Assembly: GCA_963773285.1 (NCBI GenBank)
Contig: CAVZAM010000007.1
Coordinates: 17,634 to 81,633 of the forward strand
DNA from: an uncultured delta proteobacterium
GTDB taxonomy: Bacteria > Desulfobacterota > Desulfobaccia > Desulfobaccales > 0-14-0-80-60-11
DNA: 64,000 bases
Direction of reading: 5' to 3'
Of the stretch, positions 9,247-20,612 are shown one piece after another. The notes under the pieces were generated by a model. It worked only from the letters and a program-made list of their open reading frames with translations. It made no database searches and was not told the origin of the DNA. The position numbers were made by a program, and so were the translations under genes. How positions within the stretch are numbered: the first letter of the stretch is position 1; every line of letters starts with the position of its first letter.

Positions 9247-12200
9247 ATGAAGTTGATTCCCAATACCTATAACTGGGAAGGGTGGGCGCAGAGAGCCCTG
9301 GCCTTAATCAGGGGCTGCCACGTGGCCCTGGGGCAAGCCAAGGAAGAGCAGGCCTTTCTCCAGGAAATTTGCCGGCTTCTGGTGGAGATCGGCGGCTACC
9401 CCCTGGCTTGGGCGGGTCTCGCAGAAAACAATAAAGCCAAGAGCATCAGCCGCATAGCTCATGCCGGACTGGCTCTCGGCCTCCTGGACCTCCTGCCCCG
9501 CACTTGGGCGGAAAACGGCCCCGGCCGTGATCCCACCGGCACTGCCATCCGCACCGGCCAGCCGGTTTTTTGCCCCGATATCCGCTCCGAACCCGCCTGC
9601 GCCGCCTACGAAGAGGTGGCCGAGACCCTGGAATTAACTTCCTGCCTGGCCCTGCCCTTGAGCCACCAGGGCCACGTCCTGGGCGCCCTGACCCTCTATA
9701 CTTCGGGGCCGGGGGCTTTCCCCACCGATGAACGGGAGTTTTTGCGCACCCTGGCGGCCTTTTTCTCTCAGGGCCTGGCGACCCTGCGCCTGAAGGATGA
9801 ACTGATCCGGGCGGAGGAGCGTCTGGCTCTGAAAGTAAAGATGCTGGACACCTCTCCCCACTCCATTTTTGTCTTCGATCTCGAGGGCAAGATCGTCTGT
9901 GCCAACAAGGCGGCCCGCAAGGCCCGGGGGTATACCCGGGAGGAATTGCTGGGGCTGAGTTGGGCGGATTTGGAGGTCCCTGAGCACCGGGGAGCGGCGG
10001 AGGCCCATCGCCAGAAAATGCTCGCCGGGGGGGAGACGGTCTTCGAGTCGGCCCATGTGCGCAAGGACCATACTGCCTTTCCCGTGGAGACCCATTCCCG
10101 GACCATCGAGAACAAGGGCGCAAAATCGGTCCTCAGTATTGTGCTTGACATCAGCGAGCGCAAACGCCTGGAAGAAATCCTGCGGGAGACCGAGGAAAAA
10201 TACCGCAACATCTTCAACAACGTCCAGGTGGGGGTTTTCAGGTGGCGCCTGAGCGACAGCAGAATCCTGGAATGTAACGACCGCCTGGCCCAGATGTTCG
10301 GCTTCGAAGACCGGAAAGAGCTGCTCCACGATTTCATCGCCCGGAATCATTTTGTGGAGCCCGATACCCAGGAGCGCATGCTGGAAAGCGTCGATGGCGG
10401 CCAGTTGCAAAATTTCGAAACCCGGTTTTTCCGCCGGGACGGCTCCATCCTCTGGCTGCTCTGCTCCGCCCGGGTTTACCCGGACCGGGACTATATGGAG
10501 GGGGTGGCCACCGACATCACCGAGCTCAGGCAGACCATGGACACCCTGGAGCAGACCGAGGAGGAGCACCGGACCCTGGTGGAGCAGCTGCTGGGCCGCA
10601 CCCTGCTCTGCGCGGTGGAACAGCAGCAGTTGAACAAGGAAATCCACCGGGAAAAGGACCTCTCCGAAAAGATCCTGGAGCATTGTGAGAATGGCGTCGC
10701 CGGTTTTAACCAGGATTTCCAGGTCAACCTGTGGAATTCGCCCATGGAACGCATGACCGGGGTCATGAAAAACCAGGCCCTGGGGAAGAGCCTTTTTGCG
10801 GTAATTCCCCTGGTGCAGACCCTCAATGAAAAAAAACCGATTCTGGGGGCGGGGGGGCACCGGGGTTTTCTCGACAGCAGCCAGCCCGTAAAGCTTGCCC
10901 CCAACGGTCCCGAGGGTTTTTACGCCGGGCACGTGGCGCCTCTTCTCAATGAAGACGGCGAGGCCAGCGGCGGGGTGATGGTCATCCGCGACGTCACACC
11001 CAGCAAACGCATAGAGGATGCCTGCAAGGAGCAGCAAGGCCTCCTGGACGGAGTCATCGCCTCGGCCGAGGAGGGCATCGCCGTCCTGGACCGCAACCTC
11101 ACTTTTGTCCGGGTGAACCCCACCATGGAGAAATGGTTCGCCCACGACCGGCCGCTCTTGAAGAAGACCTGCTTTGCGGTGATTCACGGCAGCTTGGACC
11201 CCTGCGAAAACTGCCCGGCGCTCAGAACCTTGATCAGCGGCGAACCGGCCCACGAAGTGGTGCAGAAATGGGGACCCCGGGAAGAGTTGCCGGAACAGGT
11301 GGAGCTGTTTTCTTACCCTTTAAAAGACCCTGACACCGGGGAGACGGTGGGGGTCATCATGAGGATCCTGGACGTCACCGCCAGGATGCAGGCCGACGAA
11401 GTCCTGAAGGAAAACCGGAAGCGCCTGAAGCAGGTGGTGGACCATCTCCCGGTGGTCCTGGGACGCCTCTATCCGGATGGAACCGCGGATTTTATGGAAA
11501 ACAAAATCGAAGAGCTCACGGGCTACTCCCCCAAGGACTTCAGCCCTGGAGGCATAGCCTGGTCCGAGATCGTGGTGGAGGAGGATCAGGAACAGGTGCG
11601 GAAGGCCTTTCTGCATGCCCTGGGCACCGATCACCGCTATGTCCGCCAATACCGGGTGAAGAACAAGGAGGGCCAGGTGATCTGGCTCCAGGAAAGCGGG
11701 GAGATTACCTGCGATGCCCAGGGGCGGGCCCTGTACACCGACATCGTGCTCCTTAATATCACGGAACGCAAGCAGGCTGAGGAAATGCGCCCGCAGTTCG
11801 AGGCCCAGCTGCGCCAGGCCCAGCGCATGGACGCCATCGGCAGCCTGGCCGGCGGCATTGCCCACGATTTCAACAACATCCTGGGGGTGATGCTGGGCTA
11901 CACCGAAATGGCCCTGTTGAGCCTCAAGGAAGACGATGGTCTGAAGCGCCGGCTGCAACAGGTGCTCAAGGCCGGCAAGCGAGGCAAGGAGCTGGTGGCC
12001 CAGATCCTCTCCTTCAGCCGGCCCACCCCCCAGGAGCGGCGCCCGGTGCGGATGAACGCCATCGTCAAAGAAGCCCTGAACATGCTCCGGGCCACCCTGC
12101 CCACCACCATCGAGCTCAAGATGAGGCTGGAGGACGACCAGGACGCGATCCTGGCGGACCCCACCCAGATGCACCAGGTGATCATCAACCTGTGCGCCAA

Positions 12201-12954
12201 CGCCGCCCACGCCATGCGGGACCAGGGGGGCGTCCTGGACATCTCGGTTAGGCCGGTGACCCTGGATGCCAAGGCCGCGGCCCAGTTTCACGGCCTGTCG
12301 CCCGGGCCGCACATCAGGGTTAGTGTCAAAGACACCGGTCATGGCATGGACCGGGAGATCATGGAAAAAATCTTCGACCCGTTTTTTACCACCAAGAAAA
12401 TGGAAGAAGGCACCGGCATGGGCCTGGCCGTAGTCCACGGCATTATCAAGGCTCATGGCGGGGCCATCACCGTGCAGAGCAAGGTGGGGAAGGGGTCCGA
12501 GTTCCAGATTTACCTGCCCCGGGTGGAGGCCAGCGAACTGCCCGGCGGCACCGAGGCGCCCTCGGTGGAGAACGGGCAGGAGAGCCTGCTGTTTGTGGAC
12601 GACGAGGAGTGGCTGGTGGACATGTGGAAGGAGATCCTGGAGAGCCTGGGCTACCGCATGACAGTAACCACCAAGCCTCTCGAGGCCCTGAAAATGTTCA
12701 AGGAAAAACCGCTTGACTTTGATCTGGTCATTACCGACCAGACCATGCCCCAGATGACCGGCCTGGAGCTGGCCCAGGAACTCCTGGGATTGCGGCCGGA
12801 GCTGCCCATTATCCTGGTCACCGGTTTCAGCCAGGTGGTGACCCCGGAGAAGGCCAAGGCGGCGGGCGTCCGGGAATATATCATGAAACCTTTGTCCATC
12901 AGTGAGTTAACCAACGCCATTAGCAGGTCCCTGGGAAAAGAACCCCAGATGTAG
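9247..12954 (+). CDS. Hybrid sensor histidine kinase (GAF, about 5 PAS, HisKA, HATPase, REC)
   Basis: [11 protein letters not shown]-box, [28 protein letters not shown]-terminal LFVDD...TDQTMP...KP. Confidence 0.95.
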   Translation: MKLIPNTYNWEGWAQRALALIRGCHVALGQAKEEQAFLQEICRLLVEIGGYPLAWAGLAENNKAKSISRIAHAGLALGLLDLLPRTWAENGPGRDPTGTAIRTGQPVFCPDIRSEPACAAYEEVAETLELTSCLALPLSHQGHVLGALTLYTSGPGAFPTDEREFLRTLAAFFSQGLATLRLKDELIRAEERLALKVKMLDTSPHSIFVFDLEGKIVCANKAARKARGYTREELLGLSWADLEVPEHRGAAEAHRQKMLAGGETVFESAHVRKDHTAFPVETHSRTIENKGAKSVLSIVLDISERKRLEEILRETEEKYRNIFNNVQVGVFRWRLSDSRILECNDRLAQMFGFEDRKELLHDFIARNHFVEPDTQERMLESVDGGQLQNFETRFFRRDGSILWLLCSARVYPDRDYMEGVATDITELRQTMDTLEQTEEEHRTLVEQLLGRTLLCAVEQQQLNKEIHREKDLSEKILEHCENGVAGFNQDFQVNLWNSPMERMTGVMKNQALGKSLFAVIPLVQTLNEKKPILGAGGHRGFLDSSQPVKLAPNGPEGFYAGHVAPLLNEDGEASGGVMVIRDVTPSKRIEDACKEQQGLLDGVIASAEEGIAVLDRNLTFVRVNPTMEKWFAHDRPLLKKTCFAVIHGSLDPCENCPALRTLISGEPAHEVVQKWGPREELPEQVELFSYPLKDPDTGETVGVIMRILDVTARMQADEVLKENRKRLKQVVDHLPVVLGRLYPDGTADFMENKIEELTGYSPKDFSPGGIAWSEIVVEEDQEQVRKAFLHALGTDHRYVRQYRVKNKEGQVIWLQESGEITCDAQGRALYTDIVLLNITERKQAEEMRPQFEAQLRQAQRMDAIGSLAGGIAHDFNNILGVMLGYTEMALLSLKEDDGLKRRLQQVLKAGKRGKELVAQILSFSRPTPQERRPVRMNAIVKEALNMLRATLPTTIELKMRLEDDQDAILADPTQMHQVIINLCANAAHAMRDQGGVLDISVRPVTLDAKAAAQFHGLSPGPHIRVSVKDTGHGMDREIMEKIFDPFFTTKKMEEGTGMGLAVVHGIIKAHGGAITVQSKVGKGSEFQIYLPRVEASELPGGTEAPSVENGQESLLFVDDEEWLVDMWKEILESLGYRMTVTTKPLEALKMFKEKPLDFDLVITDQTMPQMTGLELAQELLGLRPELPIILVTGFSQVVTPEKAKAAGVREYIMKPLSISELTNAISRSLGKEPQM

Positions 12955-13002
12955 TGGAAAGATCGAGAGCCTGCAGAGGCAGGGGGAACTTCGAGGGTAG
13001 CC

Positions 13003-14469
13003 ATGGAAAATACGACGATCGACCAAGGAAACGGGGAGTCTCCCGTGGGCAACGTGCTGATCATTGACGACGACGAATTGTTTTGCGAGATGTTGTCCGA
13101 AATGGTCACCGACATGGGTCACGGGGTGAAATTCACCCACAGCCTGAACGAAGGGGTGGTGGAGGCCATCAACGGCTCCTACGACGTGGTCTTCCTGGAC
13201 GTCCGCATGCCGGACGGCAGCGGCTTGCGGGCACTGCCCAAGATCAGGGAGCTGACCGATCCCCCCGAGGTCATCATCATCACCGGGGCCGGCGACCCGG
13301 ACGGGGCCGAACTGGCCATCGTCAACGGCGCCTGGGACTACATCGAGAAGCAGTCTTCCATCAAGCGCATGACCCTGCCCCTGGTGCGCGCCCTCCAGTA
13401 CCGTGAGGAAAAGAAGGTTAAGAAGCCGGCCGTGGCCTTGAAGCTGGAGGGCATTGTGGGGGACAGCCCCAAGATGCAGGCCTGCTTCGACATTGTGGCC
13501 CACGCGGCCGACAGCGACGCCAACGTCCTGATTTTCGGCGAGACCGGCACCGGCAAGGAACTGTTCGCCCGGGCCGTGCACGTCAACAGCCATCGCAACA
13601 ATAAAAACTTCGTCGTCGTGGACTGCGCCGCGCTGCCCGAGTCATTGGTGGAGAGCGCGCTGTTCGGCTATGAAAAGGGGGCCTTTACCGGCGCGGACAA
13701 GCCCCAGACCGGCCTCATCAAGCAGGCTGACAACGGCACACTGTTCCTGGACGAAGTGGGGGAGCTGCCCCTGATCATGCAGAAGGCCTTTCTCCGGGTC
13801 CTCCAGGAGCGCCGGTTCCGGCCCCTGGGAGCCCGCCAGGAAGTGGAGAGTAATTTCCGGCTGCTGGCCGCCACCAACCGGGACCTGGACCAGGCGGTGG
13901 CCGAGGGGACCTTCCGCAAAGACCTGCTGTTCCGCCTGCGCTCCCTGAGCCTCACCTTGCCGCCTTTGCGGGACCACCTGGAAGACGTCAAGGAACTGGT
14001 CCTGTATCACAGCGGCAAACTGTGCGACGTGTACAGCATCCCCCAGAAGGGCTTTGCCCCCGAGTTTTTCGAGTGCCTCCTGGCCTATGACTGGCCGGGG
14101 AACGTCCGGGAGCTGATCAACACCCTGGACCGGGCCATAGCCGAAGCCCGCCATGAGCCTACTTTGTACCCCAACCACCTGCCGAGCTACATCCGTGTCC
14201 AGGCGGCGAGAAACAACGTGAGCCGGGAAACGCCGGAGCTTTCTCCGGCCAGCGCGGCCTCGGCCGGGGTTAATCTGCCCAAGCTGCGGGATTACCGGGA
14301 AGCCGCGGTGGCCCAGGCTGAGAGGGATTACCTGAAGGAACTTATGGGGCTGGCGAAAAACGACCTCCAGGAGGCGTGCCGCATCTCCGACCTGTCTCAG
14401 CCCCGGCTGTACGCCTTGCTGAAAAAACATCGCATCAGCCGTTCCAAGACAGCTCTCGAAAAAGAGTAA
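13003..14469 (+). CDS. Sigma54-dependent response regulator, NtrC family
   Basis: REC (IIDDD, LDVRMP), GETGTGKE, GAFTGA, FLDEVG, WPGNVREL, C-terminal HTH. Confidence 0.96.
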   Translation: MENTTIDQGNGESPVGNVLIIDDDELFCEMLSEMVTDMGHGVKFTHSLNEGVVEAINGSYDVVFLDVRMPDGSGLRALPKIRELTDPPEVIIITGAGDPDGAELAIVNGAWDYIEKQSSIKRMTLPLVRALQYREEKKVKKPAVALKLEGIVGDSPKMQACFDIVAHAADSDANVLIFGETGTGKELFARAVHVNSHRNNKNFVVVDCAALPESLVESALFGYEKGAFTGADKPQTGLIKQADNGTLFLDEVGELPLIMQKAFLRVLQERRFRPLGARQEVESNFRLLAATNRDLDQAVAEGTFRKDLLFRLRSLSLTLPPLRDHLEDVKELVLYHSGKLCDVYSIPQKGFAPEFFECLLAYDWPGNVRELINTLDRAIAEARHEPTLYPNHLPSYIRVQAARNNVSRETPELSPASAASAGVNLPKLRDYREAAVAQAERDYLKELMGLAKNDLQEACRISDLSQPRLYALLKKHRISRSKTALEKE

Positions 14470-14889
14470 TTTCTTATGAGATAATAATTTATCTCGCCGA
14501 AAGATAATTTAGCCCCAAGTAATGCTGACTCCGGCATTAGATCCAGGTTGTTCTAGAGTAACTCTCACCACCCTTTCTCTGATTATCAACACGTTGTAAG
14601 CCCCTGTAGGTTTTTTGCGGGCACTGCTGTCGCCGGCCAATCCCCTCCAGACTGAAATCCCCACGCCCAGAAGATCCACCCGCCTTGCTGCCCTGATCTG
14701 CAAAAGCTATTTTAGTTTTTAATATCAATAAGATAGCTAATACCCCTGAAGATGGGGCTTCCTAAATAGCTGCCCCTTAAGATGCGGTTAGCTGACCTGC
14801 CGCCAGCCCCAGTCCAGGCCGTCATGAATTTCAGGAAACGCCGTTTTTTACCAGTGCCTGGATATATTTTTAATAATATTCAAGCAAGA

Positions 14890-14905
14890 TGGCATGTTTC
14901 TTGGA
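14890..14905 (+). promoter_or_regulatory. Possible sigma54 promoter for flp (imperfect -12)
   Basis: TGGCATGTTTCTTGGA: GG-N10-GG instead of GC. An IHF consensus TATCAACACGTTG lies at 14584-14596. Confidence 0.4.
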
Positions 14906-15096
14906 TGTAATCTAAGAAAAATTGACAAATGTCTTAAGCAAAGGAGGGGACAAAAAGGGGATTCGAGGTAGGGAGAAACGATTGATGGTGCAGAAGCCGG
15001 GTGGCAGAGAACTACCCGGTGCCTGAGAAAAGCGAACCAAATTTTGTAAGAAGCAAAAAAATAAAAAAAATAAATACAACATGGAGGAAATGAAAA

Positions 15097-15300
15097 ATGG
15101 AAAAGATGCGGAATTTCTTCAAGGATGAGTCTGGTGCGACCATGGTGGAGTATGGCTTGATGGTGGCTCTGATCGCTGTGGCTTGCATTGCGGTGTCGTC
15201 ACAACTCTGGGCACCAATCTCAACACGCCAGTTCAACAATGCTGCCACTCAGTTGTCGGCAGCTAATAAACAAGGCAGATGTTACTTGAATCAAAGCTGA
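15097..15300 (+). CDS. flp: Flp pilin (type IVc), with two compensating indels
   Basis: FFKDESG|ATMVEYGLMVALIA Flp motif; the alternate frame restores VVTTLGTNLNT. Confidence 0.92.
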   Translation: MEKMRNFFKDESGATMVEYGLMVALIAVACIAVSSQLWAPISTRQFNNAATQLSAANKQGRCYLNQS

Positions 15301-15331
15301 GCCTCATCTGGGTCGGAAATGGAGAAGTGCA

Positions 15332-15518
15332 ATGGAGATGATCCAGCAAGTTATACCGGGATACCTCAGGGGCTCACTATGGTGGAATACGCCCTGATGA
15401 TTAGCCTTCATCGCCACTGGCGTGTTTCACGGCCGTGCAGACTTTGGGGTTACTCTGCTGCAACAACCATTTAACGACGCTTACAGCACAGGGTTCAGCG
15501 GCAGCTAAAGGAATGTAA
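15332..15518 (+). pseudogene. flp: Second Flp pilin, multiply frameshifted as given
   Basis: Not in ORF track. Reading across indels gives MEMIQKLYRDTSG|ATMVEYALMIAFIALACFTAVQTLG; GGAG RBS at 15321. Confidence 0.8.
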
Positions 15519-15652
15519 TCCGGCAGTGAGCTGAACCCCTGGCTTTGCTGACGTGGAACATACCCACCAAGGTGATGGCCCGGCACAAGCCCCTGCCGGG
15601 CTATGGCCTCACTTTAACCGGGGGCGCTGCCAAGCCAGACAAGGAGGTCGCC

Positions 15653-15757
15653 ATGGTAAAAGGAGGAGTCACTTATTCCTTGTCCAAGGCCATGATCGTG
15701 GCCCTGTCCATGTCCCTGGCAATTTGGGCCCTGTCCCTGATGGCACGGTGGACCTGA
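15653..15757 (+). CDS. 34-aa hydrophobic small protein
   Basis: AAGGAGG RBS at 15641-15647; MVKGGVTYSLSKAMIVALSMSLAIWALSLMARWT. Confidence 0.5.
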   Translation: MVKGGVTYSLSKAMIVALSMSLAIWALSLMARWT

Positions 15758-15805
15758 GTTGAGTTAGGGACCAAAAAAGACCGGCAGGCTTTAGGAGGGG
15801 AGGCC

Positions 15806-16360
15806 ATGGTCAGCCAAGTCAATCATATCTTTTCCTGGGGTGCGTCCCAGGCACACCTGCTGTTACCCCTGGCCATCGCCCTGTGGATTGCCTGGGGCGA
15901 CCTCAGGACATACCGCATTCCCAATTATCTCACTTTGGGCACAGCCCTGGCCGGCTTAGCCTTTCAAGCCTATTTTCATGGCCTGAACGGCTTGGGGAGC
16001 GGCTTCATGGGTCTGGGCCTGGGGTTTTTCCTGTTGTTCCCGGTGTATCTGCTGGGAGGCATGGGGGCAGGCGACGTCAAGGCCCTGGCGGCTTTGGGGA
16101 CCTGGCTGGGGCCAGCCCTTACCCTGACACTATTTTTTTATATGGCTTTGGCTGGCGGCCTCATGGCCATAGGAGTGCTCCTGTATAAAGGACTCCTGTG
16201 GGCCAAGCTGCGCCAGTACTGGGCCTACCTGGTTAGCTGGGTCCTGTTTCGACCCACAGGATTGACCGCGGGGCCGGCTCCCAAGGCGGAAGTCCAGGGC
16301 ATCCCTTACGGGGTGGCCATAGCCCTGGGCATGGTGACCCTGTTCTGGCGGGGGAGTTGA
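15806..16360 (+). CDS. cpaA: Prepilin peptidase, A24 family (CpaA/TadV)
   Basis: DLRTYRIPN, GMGAGDVK, IPYGVAI. Confidence 0.93.
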   Translation: MVSQVNHIFSWGASQAHLLLPLAIALWIAWGDLRTYRIPNYLTLGTALAGLAFQAYFHGLNGLGSGFMGLGLGFFLLFPVYLLGGMGAGDVKALAALGTWLGPALTLTLFFYMALAGGLMAIGVLLYKGLLWAKLRQYWAYLVSWVLFRPTGLTAGPAPKAEVQGIPYGVAIALGMVTLFWRGS

Positions 16361-16541
16361 TAAATGAGGCGCCGGCATTCAGGTTTTAAGCCCGGCAGGG
16401 AAGGATGCGGCCAACGTGGTGGGACTCGCCCTGTTCCCCACGGCCCAGGCCCTGACCCTCCCTGTGGATAATCTCTTGATTCGAAGCGGGGAACGTATAA
16501 CGCCCCTCTGATAACAACAGTCCAAATGGAGTACATGAGCC

Positions 16542-17357
16542 ATGAAACTACCGAAAGGCGTTCTGTACATCGTGGTGGCAGTGGTGGCCGGGTTCGTGGC
16601 CACCGTAAGCGTCCATAAATATGTGTCCATGAAAACCCGGGTGGTTGAAAAGCCCACAGCCCCGGTGGTGGTGGCGGCTGAGGAGATCACCCCGGGGACG
16701 GCGCTGGGGCCTGCCATGGTGAAGACGGTTGCCTGGCCCCTGGAACTGGTGCCCCAGGGAGCGCCGCCGGCTTATGAGGCCGTTAAGGACCGGGTAACCA
16801 TCGTCCCCATCAACAAAGGTGAGCCCGTTCTCTTCAACAAACTGGCGCCCGAAGGAACGTTGGCCGGGATGGGGGGTCTGTTGAGCGAAGGCAAGCGGGC
16901 GGTTTCCGTGCGGGTGGACGATGTCTCCGGCAACGCCGGCTTCATCAGGCCGGGGGACCACGTGGACGTGCTCATGACCATGCAGGTCCCCAATGCCCAG
17001 GACGAGCATTTTTCCAGGACCATCCTGCAAAACATCGTGGTGCTCAGCAGCGGTCAGATCTGGGAGCAGCAGCAACAGGACCAGAAGCCGGTGATCGTGA
17101 AAACCGTGACCCTGGAAGTAAAGCCGGAAGAAGGCGAGGTCCTGGATCTGGCCAGCAACCAGGGGAAAATCCGCCTGGCCCTGAGATCCCGCAACAACCG
17201 GGAAGTCACCGCGACCAACGGCGTGGTCAGTTCACAGCTGGTCAACACTGCACCGCCCAAGACCACGGTAGTGGCGGCGGCGGCCAAACCCAATCCCAAG
17301 CGGGAAGCGGACATCGAAGTGATCAAGGGGATGGATCGCAGTAAGGCCAGCTTGTAG
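16542..17357 (+). CDS. cpaB: Flp pilus assembly protein CpaB/RcpC
   Basis: N-terminal TM, SAF region VVVAA, GKRAVSV, GFIRPGDHVDV, VTLEV, IRLALR. Confidence 0.94.
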   Translation: MKLPKGVLYIVVAVVAGFVATVSVHKYVSMKTRVVEKPTAPVVVAAEEITPGTALGPAMVKTVAWPLELVPQGAPPAYEAVKDRVTIVPINKGEPVLFNKLAPEGTLAGMGGLLSEGKRAVSVRVDDVSGNAGFIRPGDHVDVLMTMQVPNAQDEHFSRTILQNIVVLSSGQIWEQQQQDQKPVIVKTVTLEVKPEEGEVLDLASNQGKIRLALRSRNNREVTATNGVVSSQLVNTAPPKTTVVAAAAKPNPKREADIEVIKGMDRSKASL

Positions 17358-17971
17358 GGGATGGCCATCGCCCCTGAAGGGTGGTAGGCGGGCTTGACTT
17401 TTCTTTGAGGGAAGTCCCGGCGGCGGGGACAAGAGTGAGGGGAACCTGCCGGCGGGTAACGAACGAGGAGGACGTGGCAAGGGGGAGAACATGACTGCAA
17501 AAATTCACCACACCAGGCGGGGATCACTCCCGGCACAGTTTGAGGCAGGGCCTTGCCGCACACCGGCGGGCGCAGGCCATCCTGTGAAGGCCATGAAGGA
17601 TGCGGCGCCCCACCGGCCGGGGAGCAGCGGGGGGCAGCCAGCGAACGCCCGGGGGAGGTGGTCCGCCGACGGCCATGGCGCCATGAGGCGCACCCCCAGC
17701 ACCACGAACGACAGCCGCGGTCATGCTACGCCAGATCAGCTTTTATGACTGCCGTGCTGCCGGTCCCGCTTTTACCCGCGACTTTTCGGACCTCACCCGG
17801 GACACCCAGCTCACCAGCGATACCAGCGCCCCCGCCACCGGCCTTTGTTTAGGCCGTGATGTCAGGGCCTTTGACAATAATTACGGTAAGTTGAGCCTGT
17901 CAGGGTATAGACCCGGCCGGGTGGCTTGCCGGCGCGCCTTGCATGGAAGCTACCGGGAGGATCTGAACACC

Positions 17972-19162
17972 ATGATGCCAGAAATGCTCAATATTTCGGT
18001 CCTTTACGGCACCGGCCTTCCAGACCAGAATTTTACCAGATTGCTTGAAGAAATGCCCCAGGTCAGGGTCGTGGGCCAGGCCAATAATCCGGAGGAAGTT
18101 CTTGGGCAGAGTCAAGGTCATGAGGCCGACCTGATCATGGTTTACATGAACGGGGACGACTCCCTGCCCGAATGGCTGGAGAGGCTCACCAGCGGCCTGC
18201 CTCGAACTGCGGTGCTGCTCTGTGCCGAAAGGTTGGAGCCGGATCTCCTGCTCAGGGCCATGCGCCTGGGCGTCAGGGAAGTAGTGCCCCTGCCTTTGAA
18301 CAAGGACGAATTGGCAGAGGCCTTCGAGAGGGTCCGGGCCTCCAGGCGGCGGCTGCACGAGGTGAGCGGGGCCGGCGGCAAGAACGTGGTCGTCACCGGC
18401 AACAAGGGCGGGGTTGGCGCCACCACCGTGGCGGTAAACCTAGCCGTGGCCCTGGCCCGGTCCCAGGACGGCAAAGTCATTCTGGTGGACCTGGGCCGCC
18501 CTTATCCGGACATCGGCAATTTCCTGGACCGGGAATCAATGTATTCCGTGTTTGACCTGATCCAGAACCAGACGAATCTCGACCACTCCTTCATGGCCAA
18601 GACCATCCAGTCGTATGAGAAGAATCTGGATATCATCCACGGCATCGCTGATTTCAGCGACCAGGACAACATCAACCTGGAAGGGCTGCAGAAGGTGTTC
18701 AACATCCTGCGGGGCCACTACCGCTGGATCATCATTGACCTGAGCCACTGGCTGGACGAGCTGTTCCTCCAGATAGTCCAGGATGCCGACCTGGCGCTCA
18801 TGCTGGTGGAACTCAGCGTGCCTGACCTGCGCAACCTCGGGCACCTGTGGCCCCTGCTCCGGAACTGGATACCCGTCCAGGAAAAGGTGCAGCTGGTGAT
18901 CAACCGCTACGACCGGACCAGCGGCTTGAGCCTGGGGAACCTGGTGCAGGTCCTGAAACAAAAGGCTTACTTCACCCTGCCCAGCGATTACGAAAACCTC
19001 AGCGAAGCCATCAACCGGGGCGTGCCTCTGGCCGACATGGCCGGCAAATCCAGGCTGTGGACGGCTTTGGAGGGGTTGGCCCAGCAACTTATCGGGCAAC
19101 TGCAACCCGGGGACGAAGTGCGGGAAACGAAGTCCCTCCGCCGCCGCTTCTGGGTTGTGTAA
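17972..19162 (+). CDS. cpaE: CpaE/TadZ (atypical REC plus MinD-like domain)
   Basis: AMRLGVREVV, degenerate Walker A GNKGGVGATT, AINRGVP; start reset to ATG 17972 after GGGAGG. Confidence 0.9.
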   Translation: MMPEMLNISVLYGTGLPDQNFTRLLEEMPQVRVVGQANNPEEVLGQSQGHEADLIMVYMNGDDSLPEWLERLTSGLPRTAVLLCAERLEPDLLLRAMRLGVREVVPLPLNKDELAEAFERVRASRRRLHEVSGAGGKNVVVTGNKGGVGATTVAVNLAVALARSQDGKVILVDLGRPYPDIGNFLDRESMYSVFDLIQNQTNLDHSFMAKTIQSYEKNLDIIHGIADFSDQDNINLEGLQKVFNILRGHYRWIIIDLSHWLDELFLQIVQDADLALMLVELSVPDLRNLGHLWPLLRNWIPVQEKVQLVINRYDRTSGLSLGNLVQVLKQKAYFTLPSDYENLSEAINRGVPLADMAGKSRLWTALEGLAQQLIGQLQPGDEVRETKSLRRRFWVV

Positions 19163-19173
19163 GGAGTTGATCT

Positions 19174-20595
19174 ATGGCTTTCCGCCGCTACAACAAGAAG
19201 ACCACCAGCGAAGTGAAGGTGCAGGAGCCGGAGGCGGCGAAACTCGTCTTTTCTTCCTTCCGGGGGGACGAAGCCCGGGAAGGCAAGCTCTATGAAGTGA
19301 AGAGCCGCATCCACCACCTGCTTCTGGAGCGCCTGGACCTGAGCCAGATGGAGAACCTGGACGACCTCGAGGTGGCCCGGGAAATCCGCCAGGCCCTGGA
19401 GCAACTCTTCCAGGAAGAGTCCGAGCCCATCAACCTCCAGGAGAAAAACCGCCTGATCCAGGAACTGGAATTCGAGATCCTGGGCCTGGGACCCCTGGAG
19501 CCGCTCCTCACCGACCCCACCATCTCGGACATCCTGGCCAACCGCTACGACCAGGTGTACATCGAGCGGCGGGGCCAGTTGGAAAAGACCCTGGTGCGCT
19601 TCCAGGACAACAACCACCTGCTGAAGATCATCAATAAGATTGTCGCCAACGTGGGCCGGCGCATCGACGAAGCCAACCCCATGGTGGACGCCCGGCTCCC
19701 GGATGGCTCCCGGGTCAACGCCATTATTCCGCCCCTGGCCCTGGACGGTCCCCTGCTGTCGATCCGGCGGTTTTCGGTACAGCGTCCCAGCCTGGAAGAC
19801 CTGGTGGCCAAAGGGTCCCTGACCCCGGATATCGGGGAGGTCCTGCAGGCCTTGGTGGCGGCCAAACTGAACGTCCTGATCTCCGGCGGCACCGGCGCCG
19901 GCAAGACTACCATGCTCAACATTCTCTCGGGCTTCATCCCGACCCGGGAACGCATCATCACCATCGAGGATTCGGCGGAGCTGCAGCTTCAGCAGGAGCA
20001 TGTGGCCAGGCTGGAGACCCGCCCCCCCAACGTGGAAGGCAAGGGTGAGATCACCCAGCGCGACCTGGTGCGCAACAGCCTGCGTATGCGGCCGGACCGC
20101 ATTGTGGTGGGCGAGGTGCGCGGCGCGGAAGTCATTGACATGTTCCAGGCCATGAATACCGGCCACGAAGGCTCCATGACCACCGTCCACGCCAACACCG
20201 CCCGGGATGCGCTGCTGCGCCTGGAGACCATGATGCAGCTGTCGGGCTTTAAGATCACCGAAAAGGCCATGCGCCAGATGATCAGCTCGTCCCTGGACGT
20301 GATCATTCAGCTGGCCCGGCACAGCGACGGGGTGCGCCGCATGATTTCGCTGTCCGAGATCACCGGGATGGAAAGCGGGGTCATCAGCATGCAGGACATC
20401 TTTGTTTTTGAGCGGCACGCCCTGGACGAGCAGGAGCGGGTGGTGGGCCGTTTCATCTCCACCGGGGTCCGCCCGCACTTTGCCGACCGCTGCAAGATCT
20501 TTGGCATCCCCATCAACGACAAGGTGTTCTCTCCCTCTCCCACCCGGGATGCATTTGATCTACGCAACCTGGGCGGTCAGATGGAAAGCAGATAA
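19174..20595 (+). CDS. cpaF: Tad assembly ATPase CpaF/TadA
   Basis: [46 protein letters not shown]. Confidence 0.97.
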   Translation: MAFRRYNKKTTSEVKVQEPEAAKLVFSSFRGDEAREGKLYEVKSRIHHLLLERLDLSQMENLDDLEVAREIRQALEQLFQEESEPINLQEKNRLIQELEFEILGLGPLEPLLTDPTISDILANRYDQVYIERRGQLEKTLVRFQDNNHLLKIINKIVANVGRRIDEANPMVDARLPDGSRVNAIIPPLALDGPLLSIRRFSVQRPSLEDLVAKGSLTPDIGEVLQALVAAKLNVLISGGTGAGKTTMLNILSGFIPTRERIITIEDSAELQLQQEHVARLETRPPNVEGKGEITQRDLVRNSLRMRPDRIVVGEVRGAEVIDMFQAMNTGHEGSMTTVHANTARDALLRLETMMQLSGFKITEKAMRQMISSSLDVIIQLARHSDGVRRMISLSEITGMESGVISMQDIFVFERHALDEQERVVGRFISTGVRPHFADRCKIFGIPINDKVFSPSPTRDAFDLRNLGGQMESR

Positions 20596-20612
20596 GGCAT
20601 TCGGGTGGACCT

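Noticed and set aside
14730-14803. Possible c-di-GMP-I/GEMM riboswitch upstream of flp
   Set aside because: No GNRA-capped P2 or GCAAA/CGCAAAGC core; better described as a direct repeat. cmscan would settle it.
17723-17971. N-terminal extension of the CpaE ORF and ORF 17491-17748
   Set aside because: A strong RBS precedes ATG 17972; the upstream peptides resemble nothing recognisable.
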